64,000 nucleotides of DNA from a virus: positions 64,001 to 128,000 of the IMG/VR virus record IMGVR_UViG_3300036766_000678; one strand, 5' to 3'. The position numbers were made by a program, and so were the translations under genes. A model generated the notes under the pieces. That model was not told where the DNA came from. It worked only from the letters and a program-made list of their open reading frames with translations, and searched no databases. Position 1 is the stretch's first letter, and each line of letters starts with the position of its first letter. Of this stretch, positions 40,186 to 49,504 are shown piece by piece.

Positions 40186-41076
40186 TTAGATTGATATTGT
40201 AATTGCTTGATCAATACTTGCTACTAGAGTGGCACCACTTTTAACATTGGTTTCAAAATCAGACAAAGTTGTAACTGCATTTGTACCATTAGCTAAATTA
40301 GTCGCTCCAACAGCAGATTGTGCATTCCCACCATCTCCAGAAATTACAAAAGATACCAATTCAGAAGCAGCAGAAGAAAGTGTAAGTGCTTTAAGAATTT
40401 GAGCTGCGGAAGATACTCCACCTGTCATATTAACAGTAATTGCAAGCCCCGTAACAGAAACAGTTTCAAATCCAGCTCCACCTGTTCCACCAGATAATGA
40501 ATTACCAGAAACAGTAAGATTTATTGTATCCGAGGTATTTAAAGAAATGAAATTGCCAAGTGTACCTGCTGTATTAGCTGTAATTGTAATTACATTACTA
40601 ACAGCAGAAGCTGTAGAAAATGTTGCAGCAGTTGCGGATGAAATAGCTAACGCTAGAGATGTAGCTGTTGTAGAATTATCTACTGAAGTGGTCCAATCTA
40701 CCCCCTCTGTTAAACGAACTTCGTTAACTGTTAAGACTGCTCCAGTTAATTTTGTATAATCAACCACAGTAGCTGTTCCTGTTGCAGTAGCAATAGTATT
40801 TACATAAGCAACGGTAATAGAATTTTCGGATGTTCCATATCTATTTGCCGTATATGTAATATCTTGAATGGCTTTAGAAGCTTTTACCCCAGATAAAAGA
40901 ACATTATCAGAAGCTGGTTTAAATCGCTGAACGCCAGTTCGATAAACAATTTTACCTGTAGTATCAATTACAAACGGAAGGTACTGGTAATCATACATTA
41001 TATAATAAGTAGTCGTAGATAGATCGGCACGTACTTCTAGCCATGAACTGTAGTCTGACTCTATGTTGGGATACAT
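40186..41076 (-). CDS. Structural protein sharing a domain with the sheath
   Basis: ATGTATVVDY...TATSLA.AI...GN.I.L.TSD..NL..SG..L.GG also present in the sheath. Confidence 0.55.
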   Translation of the reverse strand: MYPNIESDYSSWLEVRADLSTTTYYIMYDYQYLPFVIDTTGKIVYRTGVQRFKPASDNVLLSGVKASKAIQDITYTANRYGTSENSITVAYVNTIATATGTATVVDYTKLTGAVLTVNEVRLTEGVDWTTSVDNSTTATSLALAISSATAATFSTASAVSNVITITANTAGTLGNFISLNTSDTINLTVSGNSLSGGTGGAGFETVSVTGLAITVNMTGGVSSAAQILKALTLSSAASELVSFVISGDGGNAQSAVGATNLANGTNAVTTLSDFETNVKSGATLVASIDQAITISI

Positions 41077-41095
41077 TTATGTTCTCCTAAATAAA

Positions 41096-41278
41096 TTATT
41101 TATCTTCATCGTCATCATTTTCTTTTTCAACCCACAAATTCGTAGCCTTCGATTTCCTAACAGAAATTAATCCATACTCAGTATCGCAGCCTAAGCAGAC
41201 ACGCACCAAAAAGGCTCGTTTGCCTTTTTTGACTACCTTTTCTTTGTATCTTTTGCGTGAACAAGTAGGACATGCCAT
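41096..41278 (-). CDS. Small zinc-ribbon protein
   Basis: CPTC...CLGC, 60 aa. Confidence 0.55.
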   Translation of the reverse strand: MACPTCSRKRYKEKVVKKGKRAFLVRVCLGCDTEYGLISVRKSKATNLWVEKENDDDEDK

Positions 41279-41286
41279 ATAACCTC

Positions 41287-41793
41287 TTAAGCAATTCGAT
41301 CTAATGTAATAGTATCTTCATAGAAATCATTTGGAACAACTAATTTCTTATGCCAATTATTAACTGGAATTTCTAACCCCGCATCTTGAAAGGCATGAGA
41401 TATAAAAGTGCTACATATCTCAGAATGTTTAGAATCTAAAAATCCCGTCAAAAAAAGAGGAATGTCATACCATTCGTCAAGATGATTGTGCAACCACATA
41501 ATTACTTGTTCTATTTGTTCATCTGTAATTTTTCTTACCCTATATAATTCAATACCATATTCTTTATTTAATTTATTTAAATCTATTTTAGAAACTCTAG
41601 TTTTTGGCCATCTTGCTTCTAACATTAAATCAGTATCTTGATCAACCAGAGCAACATGGCAATACCCAAATCCTTTTGGTACACCACCAAATAATCTTTG
41701 CGCCCAACCAATAAATTTTGAAGACCAAGAAGAACTAAGAATCACACGGAATAACAATATATCCCCTGGCTTTATTAAATCTTTACTAAACAT
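41287..41793 (-). CDS. Permuted papain-like (YaeF/YiiX, NlpC/P60) amidase
   Basis: PGDILLF, HVAL, YD, CSTFISHAF..AG. Confidence 0.8.
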   Translation of the reverse strand: MFSKDLIKPGDILLFRVILSSSWSSKFIGWAQRLFGGVPKGFGYCHVALVDQDTDLMLEARWPKTRVSKIDLNKLNKEYGIELYRVRKITDEQIEQVIMWLHNHLDEWYDIPLFLTGFLDSKHSEICSTFISHAFQDAGLEIPVNNWHKKLVVPNDFYEDTITLDRIA

Positions 41794-42464
41794 TATTTAT
41801 ACCCAAGAAGATTAACTAACAAGGTAGCATTACTTGACCCCGCATTAACATAAGTAGTTCGAATATAAACATCTAATCCATTATAAGTAGGAGAAACTGT
41901 TTTAACTGTGGGAACTTCAAACATCTTAGTTCCTTCCCCCATAATACGATATTTATTAGAAAATTGAGCTAAAGGAACAAATGTGGATTCATCAGAAATA
42001 TCACCCGTATACAAACCAACCTCAAATAGTATACTGTCACCAATATTTGAACCAGACCAATGAACATCCACGCCATTTAATTTAAAAGGAGCTGGAAAAT
42101 GTGTTTTTACATATCCTGTTTGACCTGCTGGGATAGATAAAACTCCATTTTCTCCATCTACCCAATAACTAGCAATATCTGTAAATAAAGCATTTGCTAC
42201 TTTGGGGAGGCCATCTGTACTTCTATATTCTAAAGGTTGATTACAAGAAGCTTTGTAATTTGTCTCAAAATCTACAGCATCATCACTATTTTTTAATAAA
42301 GAGATATTCCATAAAAATGTTTGTGCTTCTGGAGCAAATATCTCATAAGTATCTACCTTTTCCATATATTGCATTAAAAGTGCTTTTGTACTTACTAATA
42401 TTTTAAAATCCACCCATGAATTAATCAACATTGTCTGCATATTAATTCTCTGTCCAACCGACAC
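41793..42464 (-). CDS. Hypothetical virion protein
   Basis: 223 aa, coupled, in a structural cluster. Confidence 0.5.
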   Translation of the reverse strand: MSVGQRINMQTMLINSWVDFKILVSTKALLMQYMEKVDTYEIFAPEAQTFLWNISLLKNSDDAVDFETNYKASCNQPLEYRSTDGLPKVANALFTDIASYWVDGENGVLSIPAGQTGYVKTHFPAPFKLNGVDVHWSGSNIGDSILFEVGLYTGDISDESTFVPLAQFSNKYRIMGEGTKMFEVPTVKTVSPTYNGLDVYIRTTYVNAGSSNATLLVNLLGYK

Positions 42465-44367
42465 TCAGAATTACTGCCCTATTGTTTGAAAAGGGATTAC
42501 CTGCAATGAGCATAGTTTGACCTGGAGATACAGCTATTTGTTCAATAATAACCATGTTTGAAGAATTAGAATTTTGTCCTACTTGGTCTATTACAACCAA
42601 AGTACCACTGGACGAAACTGTGGAACTTTTAAAAATATTCGCAACTGAAATATTACTACTTCCAAAATTAGCATTAGCGGGAGTAAAAGGTGTTCCATCA
42701 GTTGTAATTGTTGGATTTTTAAACATAAGAAAAGTTACTTGTACATTAGTTACCTTGCAATTTCCAGTTACAGAAAAAACGTTCATAGTCTTTCCACTAC
42801 CTATTGGATTTTTAAATAAGAATATGGGATTATTAGAACCAGCAGTAGCTAAATTATAATTATCAATTGCAGCATAAAAAACTTTTCCAGAAGCTAAATC
42901 GGTTGATCCTGTAACAGAAACACTTAAAGTTGGTTGATCAATTGCTAATGTAACAGGAATAGAACTAGCCATTACCTTCTGTCCTAATGTAGTAGATGTA
43001 CCACCATACTTATCTATATTAATTCCTACATCAGATTGATCAGAAGCTATAACAACTGGCATCGAAGATGCCATTGTTTTCTGACCAAGTGTTACATCAG
43101 TTCCACCAAATCCACCAATATCAGAACGCAATCTTCCAGCAAGGGTTAATGTTAAAGGACTTGTTTGCCCATTTATATATGTTGGTGGACTTGTTGTTGC
43201 AGCAGCTTGAATAAGGATTCCCTTTTCACCAGATGTTGTTGATCCTTGAGAAACTTCTAAAGCTGCTACTGTAGTATCCAAAGCTAAAGCTGAAGTATTT
43301 AAATTAGTTCCTGCATTTGCTGTTACTGTACCAGATATAACCCAGGGACTTGTGCTCTGTGTAACAGCTACAGTCCCAGTAATAGTTGTAGAAGAAAGAG
43401 AAACAACCCAAGGTGAAGTTGATTGAGTTATAGCTATAGTTGCAGGAAAATTATTAACATCAACTTGTAAATCTCCAGTTGCATCAACTGTAGCTATATT
43501 TACACCCGCCGAATCTACAATTTCTATTGGCCATTTGTTAGACGCTGTATTAGGTGTACCCTGATTAGCTGTAACAATTCCACTTACTGGTTGCGTTACC
43601 TGACTACCATCTACAATTAATCTTCCTGCTGTAGTAAGAGTTAAATCAGAAAATTGAGTTGCTGTTAAAGAAGGGGAACTTGAAACAACTCTTGCTGCAA
43701 CAGCAGTACCTTTTGTTGTTCCTGGAGTATAAGTATCTCCAGAAGAATCTAAAGTATGTTGCTCCCCAGAAGAAACTCCACCAGTAATATTTACATTAAG
43801 TGATCCACTTGTGGATGTTAAACTATTACCAGATGTATCTTCTATTTTAGCAATTACAATTCCAGATACTGGTTGTGTTACTTGTGACCCATCAACAACA
43901 AGACGATTAGATGTTGAATCTATTCTTTCCCAAGTTACTCCATTAAATCCATATAAAAGAGCAGAATTTAAACCTACTGTTTGTCCAGCCGTAATTGACC
44001 CATTATCAAGAACTGTAGGAGTGGAAGATCCTGCTACATTTATACTCCCATCTGGGTTAACAATTAATTGATTTCCGCCATCAAATATAGCAGAACGAAG
44101 AGCATATCCATCAGGACCAAAATTAACTATTGCTAATGGATGGGAAGAACTATCTACAGGATCAACACCCTCTATAGTAACAGTTCCAACAGAAATAGTT
44201 CCCGAAATAGAAAGAGCACCCTGTGCATCTGCTCTGACGGGAATAAAACGATTATCGGGGGTAACAGAATATAATACAGAAATTGGTATTGAGCTGTTAA
44301 GCTGATCAGCGTCAAGCGGGGTATTATATTCGGGAGGTATTACATTTCCCATCTTAGTTTCCCCCAA
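42442..44367 (-). CDS. Fibre-like virion protein with internal repeats
   Basis: RL.VDGSQVTQPVSG x2, TQSTSPWV x2, LGQK.MASS.PV x2. Confidence 0.6.
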   Translation of the reverse strand: MGETKMGNVIPPEYNTPLDADQLNSSIPISVLYSVTPDNRFIPVRADAQGALSISGTISVGTVTIEGVDPVDSSSHPLAIVNFGPDGYALRSAIFDGGNQLIVNPDGSINVAGSSTPTVLDNGSITAGQTVGLNSALLYGFNGVTWERIDSTSNRLVVDGSQVTQPVSGIVIAKIEDTSGNSLTSTSGSLNVNITGGVSSGEQHTLDSSGDTYTPGTTKGTAVAARVVSSSPSLTATQFSDLTLTTAGRLIVDGSQVTQPVSGIVTANQGTPNTASNKWPIEIVDSAGVNIATVDATGDLQVDVNNFPATIAITQSTSPWVVSLSSTTITGTVAVTQSTSPWVISGTVTANAGTNLNTSALALDTTVAALEVSQGSTTSGEKGILIQAAATTSPPTYINGQTSPLTLTLAGRLRSDIGGFGGTDVTLGQKTMASSMPVVIASDQSDVGINIDKYGGTSTTLGQKVMASSIPVTLAIDQPTLSVSVTGSTDLASGKVFYAAIDNYNLATAGSNNPIFLFKNPIGSGKTMNVFSVTGNCKVTNVQVTFLMFKNPTITTDGTPFTPANANFGSSNISVANIFKSSTVSSSGTLVVIDQVGQNSNSSNMVIIEQIAVSPGQTMLIAGNPFSNNRAVILSVGWTEN

Positions 44368-45097
44368 ACTTCAATTTCAATGTTTTTTTAATACTATCAG
44401 ATTGTTTTTGTAATCGAGGATCTGTCTCTTTTGTTAAACCAGTATTCCAAGATTTAATAGCATCTGGTAGCCCTTTATTCCAAGGCACTTGATTATACTT
44501 TTTTCCTTTATTTGGAGAAGGTTTACCTAATCTTACTTCAATCATATGTGCTCTATAAATAGGATCTTTCCATCTTTCAATAGCAGCTTTTTTTAAAATA
44601 TCTTTATGTTCTTGAGATAGGGTATGACCTGTTGAGCTAGATTTACCTAAATGTGCCAGACGATTTTTCTCTTTGGCTTCTTCTGTATGGTGTTTCCCAA
44701 AAAATGGGTTTCCCGCCCCTAAAAATTGAATTTTTTTCTTCACACTCATCTTTTCACGAGATTCTTTAGAACGTTTAAGGCCCAAACTTGTACCAGCTTT
44801 TGGTGCTATATTATAGCCAATTTCTGGATTAACACTATTATAATAGTCCATCCAATATTGCTCTCTTATTTCTAGCAATTCTTTTGTTGGATTTTCAATT
44901 CTTTCTATTACAGAAAATTCAAATGCTTCTTCACCATATTTGTTCCAGGCAGCTTGCAAATGAGGATTATGATGCAGATCTTTTCTCAATAAACGTTTAT
45001 GTTCACACCATCTTTTAGAGAAATCAATAGCAGATCCAATATATGGTTTACCATTTACTTTATTTAGAATTTTATAAATTCCACTTTTAGTAACCAT
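44354..45097 (-). CDS. GIY-YIG homing endonuclease with NUMOD3 motifs
   Basis: SGIYKI..KPYIGSA; NPFFGKHHTEEAKEK. Confidence 0.9.
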   Translation of the reverse strand: MVTKSGIYKILNKVNGKPYIGSAIDFSKRWCEHKRLLRKDLHHNPHLQAAWNKYGEEAFEFSVIERIENPTKELLEIREQYWMDYYNSVNPEIGYNIAPKAGTSLGLKRSKESREKMSVKKKIQFLGAGNPFFGKHHTEEAKEKNRLAHLGKSSSTGHTLSQEHKDILKKAAIERWKDPIYRAHMIEVRLGKPSPNKGKKYNQVPWNKGLPDAIKSWNTGLTKETDPRLQKQSDSIKKTLKLKFGGN

Positions 45098-45098
45098 A

Positions 45099-45653
45099 CT
45101 ATTTCACCTGTAAATTTGAAAGACGTAACGTGAGGTTGTTCTTAAACTGACTTGAGGGTGTTTTACTTGAGATTTCTTTTAGTAGATCTATATTCCCGTT
45201 CTCCTTGATGAAACGCAACTTTAAGAAATGTGACAATTTGCAGAAATCTTCGTAAGAAAATACTTTTGTCAAATCTGTAATAGGTTCACTTTGGGATACA
45301 GAAACTTGATTCACTATCTTTACTTCAGGTAAAATTTGTTGTGGAGGAACTTCTGTTTGTGTTGGTAAAATTTGTGTATTTTGTTCAATAGATTCTACAT
45401 GTAAAACGAGTTTTTCTTCTGGAATTTCTTCTATCCATTTTCCATTAAGATAGCCCTTAAGACTTCCTACTTTAAAACTCTTTCTTACGTCCTCATCATC
45501 CAAGACATCAAAAGGTATTTCCTGACCCTCTTTGACCTCTAATGGTTGGGAAAAGCCATTTGAATAGGTAACATTCAAATCTAAAAATTTCAAAGTAGTA
45601 CTACACTCTTTAGCATTTTTAATACAGACACGATATCTTTTTTGCTTTTCCAT
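45099..45653 (-). CDS. Hypothetical protein
   Basis: 184 aa, coupled. Confidence 0.55.
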   Translation of the reverse strand: MEKQKRYRVCIKNAKECSTTLKFLDLNVTYSNGFSQPLEVKEGQEIPFDVLDDEDVRKSFKVGSLKGYLNGKWIEEIPEEKLVLHVESIEQNTQILPTQTEVPPQQILPEVKIVNQVSVSQSEPITDLTKVFSYEDFCKLSHFLKLRFIKENGNIDLLKEISSKTPSSQFKNNLTLRLSNLQVK

Positions 45654-46465
45654 TATCTTTTTCGTCCTCTTTTCTTTGGCTTTTTATCTTTTAGTCCTGC
45701 TTGTTCTAACAATTTACCATACCACTCAGAAGCTTCTAATAAATCTATATTATTATTTTTAACCCTATTAGCATGTGGAGTCAAATATTGTAGATTCCAA
45801 ATAACATGTAACCCAGATACAAAATCACCTTGCAAAGGAATATAATGATCTATTTCCATACCATTGGGTTTATTGGTATAGAATGTTTTAATTCCTCTTT
45901 GACCAAATTTAGGAATTCTAGATTTTCTTTTTATTTCTTGTTTTGTATTTGATAATCTATGTACTTCTGGATGAGCATCCCTATATTCTTTTGATTTAAT
46001 ATAAATTTCATCTTTGTGATCTTGGAAATATTTTCTATGATACTCTAAGATTTCCTCAAGATGAGTTAGATAATATTCTTTAGCTTTTGCTAAATTATCT
46101 AGATAATATTGACTATGATATTCTCTTCTTCTAATTTTAATTTCTTGCTTATTAATTTGAAAATAAATTTTTGCATATTCTTTAAGTTCTTCTAAATGTT
46201 CCTGCCTATATTTTTCATTATATGATCTTTTTTCTTCTTTATGTTCAAGTCTATATTTTATTTTACATAAATGGCATTCGCTCCATTCATCTCTACCACA
46301 TATAAAAGTATCATGCCCTCTTGAACAAAATTGCTGTTTAGGACGACCAATAGACCCTGGATGCCTTTCATCTATACATTGGTTGCATTGACTATTTTTA
46401 GTTTTACCACATATAAATGTGTCGTGGCCATAAATACAAAATTGCTTTTTCCATCCTTTAGCCAT
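45653..46465 (-). CDS. HNH homing endonuclease with two CxxGH modules
   Basis: DHYIPLQGDFVSGLHVIWNLQYL. Confidence 0.85.
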   Translation of the reverse strand: MAKGWKKQFCIYGHDTFICGKTKNSQCNQCIDERHPGSIGRPKQQFCSRGHDTFICGRDEWSECHLCKIKYRLEHKEEKRSYNEKYRQEHLEELKEYAKIYFQINKQEIKIRRREYHSQYYLDNLAKAKEYYLTHLEEILEYHRKYFQDHKDEIYIKSKEYRDAHPEVHRLSNTKQEIKRKSRIPKFGQRGIKTFYTNKPNGMEIDHYIPLQGDFVSGLHVIWNLQYLTPHANRVKNNNIDLLEASEWYGKLLEQAGLKDKKPKKRGRKR

Positions 46466-46493
46466 AAAATTAACTCCTTAGAAGTGGCACTCC

Positions 46494-46525
46494 ACAGGCG
46501 GGAGCTTCTAAGTTCTCCCACCTGT
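46494..46525 (-). terminator. Inverted repeat, possible terminator
   Basis: ACAGGCGGGAG / CTCCCACCTGT stem after gene 46593..47411. Confidence 0.45.
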
Positions 46526-46592
46526 TTCATACCGAATTATTTTTAACTACTTAATCCCCTGCCATTACCATTTTAAAAACTATTCTTTTAAC

Positions 46593-47411
46593 TTATGGAA
46601 TCATTGTTAACGTAACGTGCTTTGTTCCACCTGCATTAGTAAACACAATCGTATCACCTGAAACAGTAACTTTTGTACCATTAGAGAAACGAACTTCTCC
46701 ATCAAGAAAAGCTACAGCAGGATATCCATCATGTGTTGCACCACTTAAATCCAAACCCCAATGGAAACCCGATCCGGGAGTTGAATTGTTGTTCATTACT
46801 TTAAATGCAGCATTAGCAGTTGTTAATGCGGAATCGCCATCAATGTAAGCAACTACTGCACCATCTGCTTCTGTTACACCATCAGTAATTTGAGCAAGAA
46901 CTGCACCAGCAGGATACGTAGTAGAAAGTGTTCCTGTAATACTATAAGCCCCAATAACCCCACCAAGATATGGTTTTGTTTTGGTAAGACTGCCTCCAAA
47001 CAAATTCCACATCGAAGCTGCTAGGTATTTTGGGTCAGTGCTACTACCAGCACCAGCAGACAATGTAAGATCTGCGGAAGCGGCCTGATAGGAATGCGCT
47101 CCAGAATAATCTTGTGAGTTTGAAACAGTTCCAATAAGTGAACTACTATCTACAGTGTCTTGTGTTGAAAATTTACCAGAAGCAACCAAGTCAGCTAATT
47201 CTGCTTGCATAGAGGTAAATTCATCAGCAGTTAACAATGGAAGAAGGTCAACTGTAGCTCCAGAAACAACGGTTATTAGATTTGTTGGATCAAATCCAGG
47301 AACGCGAAGCGTCACATTTACAGTGCCTTCATTTTTAATAGAACGAATAAGTGTTGACATTTTTTGTATCTCCTTGAATTTTAATATTTTTGAACTCTTA
47401 TCTAAGGACAA
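46593..47411 (-). CDS. Structural protein with a diverged copy of the shared module
   Basis: GAVLAQITDGVTEADGAVVAYIDGDS..ANAAFK.M.NNSTPGSGF. Confidence 0.6.
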   Translation of the reverse strand: MSLDKSSKILKFKEIQKMSTLIRSIKNEGTVNVTLRVPGFDPTNLITVVSGATVDLLPLLTADEFTSMQAELADLVASGKFSTQDTVDSSSLIGTVSNSQDYSGAHSYQAASADLTLSAGAGSSTDPKYLAASMWNLFGGSLTKTKPYLGGVIGAYSITGTLSTTYPAGAVLAQITDGVTEADGAVVAYIDGDSALTTANAAFKVMNNNSTPGSGFHWGLDLSGATHDGYPAVAFLDGEVRFSNGTKVTVSGDTIVFTNAGGTKHVTLTMIP

Positions 47412-47535
47412 CTCGGTTTATTATTCTAATCGAGGCGTTTAGGTGAGAAATCTGTGCAACGCCTATACAGGCTATCTTGCACATACATATTTACTGCATA
47501 GGTCTTACTTGCTAATGTTAGAACATCCTAACAAA

Positions 47536-47610
47536 TGGTTGCACCCCTACGAATCGCACGTAGCCCTCTAGCTTATGAGACTAGAATGATCACTTGATCA
47601 CTTGGGAGCG
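47536..47610 (-). tRNA. tRNA with CAU anticodon (Met/Ile2/initiator-like), atypical
   Basis: Cloverleaf with loop CUCAUAA and encoded CCA; C1:A72 mismatch, U4:U69, T-loop UGCGAUU. Confidence 0.7.
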
Positions 47611-47787
47611 AAATTGTTCTCAACCTAACCCTATTAAATCCTTATAGATTTAAGGCTGTTCCAAAAGATACAGAATTTAGGACGGTCGAGATTAAATTGT
47701 GCCTACAGGGGATGACCCTATAGGGCTTTATCAAGAGCTTTATAGGCTCTGAGCCCAATGCCGAAGCATTGGGGGAATAAATTTATT

Positions 47788-47862
47788 TGGCTGCGAGGAC
47801 AAGATTCGAACTTGTAACCTTCTGTTTAACAGACAGACACTCTACCATTGAGTTACCTCGCA
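47788..47862 (-). tRNA. trnN: tRNA-Asn(GUU)
   Basis: Canonical cloverleaf UGCGAGG/CCUCGCA, UUCGAAU T-loop, G73, CCA. Confidence 0.95.
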
Positions 47863-47872
47863 GCTAAAGAAA

Positions 47873-48244
47873 CTATCGTCTACCTGTACGTTTTCTCCAT
47901 GCAGCATTTTTAGCTACCACATCATCGGTGCAAATTCTACAACGACACCCACGATTATAACCACTCGCATTATGTTTTCCATACCCCATATCTTTAAATG
48001 TTTTTAATTTATGGCAAGGATTACATAATACCTGACACTTAGCCAATTCAATTTCTCTTCTTTCTTTAGACCAAGACCAAACTTTATGACTAATTTTTAA
48101 TTTGGGATCTATATGATCTATATTTAAATCGTCCCAAGAACCACATTTAGTACACGGACCATTAGCCAAAAGCCACTCAATACGTCTTTTAGCTATCCAA
48201 ACTCGATTAAATTCTCTTTGTTGATTAGGATCTTTATAAGGCAT
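47873..48244 (-). CDS. HNH endonuclease in the tRNA cluster
   Basis: C..CG...IDHIDP...N.....CQVLC..CH..KT; start reassigned to MPYKDP because the longer ORF overlaps tRNAs. Confidence 0.85.
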   Translation of the reverse strand: MPYKDPNQQREFNRVWIAKRRIEWLLANGPCTKCGSWDDLNIDHIDPKLKISHKVWSWSKERREIELAKCQVLCNPCHKLKTFKDMGYGKHNASGYNRGCRCRICTDDVVAKNAAWRKRTGRR

Positions 48245-48274
48245 ATATTTATTATAACATATTAAATATAAAAT

Positions 48275-48324
48275 TACAACCCTTCGGTTAACAGCCGAGA
48301 GCACTGCCATTGTGCTACTCTTGA
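48275..48324 (-). pseudogene. Truncated tRNA-Asn(GUU)
   Basis: Acceptor 5' strand, D arm and anticodon arm (CUGUUAA) intact; breaks off in the T-stem into AT-rich sequence. Confidence 0.75.
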
Positions 48325-48345
48325 ACGAAATAAACTTAATTTGTT

Positions 48346-48421
48346 TGGTGGACCAGACAGGTTCTGCCCCTGCTGCCTCGACATTGCAGGTGTCGCGCTC
48401 TCCTAATTGAGCTACTAGCCC
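48346..48421 (-). tRNA. trnA: tRNA-Ala(UGC), atypical loops
   Basis: GGGCUAG/CUGGUCC with G3:U70, CCA; C33; T-loop GGCAGAA. Confidence 0.8.
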
Positions 48422-48422
48422 A

Positions 48423-48635
48423 CTAAACAAACTTAGTTATTTTATAAAGATATTCTAGGTATTCTAAATTACCCATATTTCTTGGGCATTTACAAATTAT
48501 CCAATCCACAGTTTCTAATTTATAACAAATTCTTTCCCCATTTTTACACAAATAATGATCATAATGACCACAACCAGTACATTTAACATGGCGAATTAAA
48601 GAATTATCAATTTTCAAATCAGATGGAAAATCCAT
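48423..48635 (-). CDS. NLEYLE-family microprotein
   Basis: CTGCGHYDH..CKCPRNMGNLEYLEYLY. Confidence 0.7.
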   Translation of the reverse strand: MDFPSDLKIDNSLIRHVKCTGCGHYDHYLCKNGERICYKLETVDWIICKCPRNMGNLEYLEYLYKITKFV

Positions 48636-48641
48636 ATATTT

Positions 48642-48670
48642 ATTGTATCAGATCTTTATCTATTTGTCAA
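48642..48670 (-). promoter_or_regulatory. Sigma70 promoter, leaderless; may also drive the tRNAs
   Basis: TTGACA-17-TACAAT-6 nt-ATG. Confidence 0.75.
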
Positions 48671-49388
48671 GGGCTTTCTCTAATTCCCTTCTAACTGCTT
48701 GAGCTTTACACATTTTAATAAGAGTTTCTGGTTTGTGTTTTAGACCAAAATTGCTTTCAGCTACTTTGCGAATATTATACCCATTCCAATCTTCATAGGT
48801 TTTAAATTCATCAATATAATATTGCTCTCTTTCTAAAAGCTTAGAATGCTCTAAAACTTCTTCTAAAATAACACATTCGAAAGCTTTTTCTCCATACTTA
48901 TTCCAAGACTTTTGTAAATAGTCATTATCATGATCATTTAAATATAAATCATGCTTATGTTCTGACCAACGTTTCTCTACATTAATAGCAGAACCAATAT
49001 AAGCTTTCTTACTGATTTTATGAATAATGGCATAAATACCTGATATAGCTTTTCCAATTAAAGAAATTGCTACTTTAGAAATATCTTTATCTGGGGAATT
49101 ATATTTAACTACCCCAACGACAGCAGAACCATTTCTAAGTTTTTCGGGAACATTTAAGCGATTAATTGTTTGATAAGTAAGCCAACATTCTTTACTGCAA
49201 TATTCACTTTTAGAACTTGCAATTTTACCAAACTGTTTACCACAAAATAAACAAATTATATTTTTATGGCCTTTACAATCAGGAACATTCCCAATAGATT
49301 TATTATGACAAATTTCATCACAAAATTTCTCTAAGAAGAAACTATTTTTTGGAGCTTTTACGCAATATTTACATCTTAAATATTTCAT
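48660..49388 (-). CDS. GIY-YIG endonuclease with N-terminal Cys-rich domain
   Basis: SGIYAI..KAYIGSA..KRW in the C-terminal half; several CxxC pairs N-terminally. Confidence 0.85.
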   Translation of the reverse strand: MKYLRCKYCVKAPKNSFFLEKFCDEICHNKSIGNVPDCKGHKNIICLFCGKQFGKIASSKSEYCSKECWLTYQTINRLNVPEKLRNGSAVVGVVKYNSPDKDISKVAISLIGKAISGIYAIIHKISKKAYIGSAINVEKRWSEHKHDLYLNDHDNDYLQKSWNKYGEKAFECVILEEVLEHSKLLEREQYYIDEFKTYEDWNGYNIRKVAESNFGLKHKPETLIKMCKAQAVRRELEKALDK

Positions 49389-49394
49389 ATATTA

Positions 49395-49423
49395 AGTATA
49401 TCACAAATTAGTCTACATTTCAA
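49395..49423 (-). promoter_or_regulatory. Sigma70 promoter, leaderless
   Basis: TTGAAA-17-TATACT-6 nt-ATG. Confidence 0.7.
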
Positions 49424-49441
49424 GCCTTTTTATTGATATAC

Positions 49442-49469
49442 TAGGAGGGATTAGCAATAATCCCTCCTA
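49442..49469 (-). terminator. 12-bp hairpin after the capsid gene
   Basis: TAGGAGGGATTA-4 nt-TAATCCCTCCTA. Confidence 0.6.
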
Positions 49470-49504
49470 TATATCAACATCTTTTAAAGATGTTTTTCAA
49501 TAGC

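Noticed and set aside
47612-47787. CTCTTGA as the displaced 3' acceptor strand of the truncated tRNA-Asn (split tRNA)
   Set aside because: Only a 7-nt match, with no adjacent T-arm or CCA; likely chance.
48245-48430. N-terminal extension of ORF 47873..48430
   Set aside because: It overlaps tRNA-Ala and the truncated tRNA-Asn; the start at 48244 fits the promoter.
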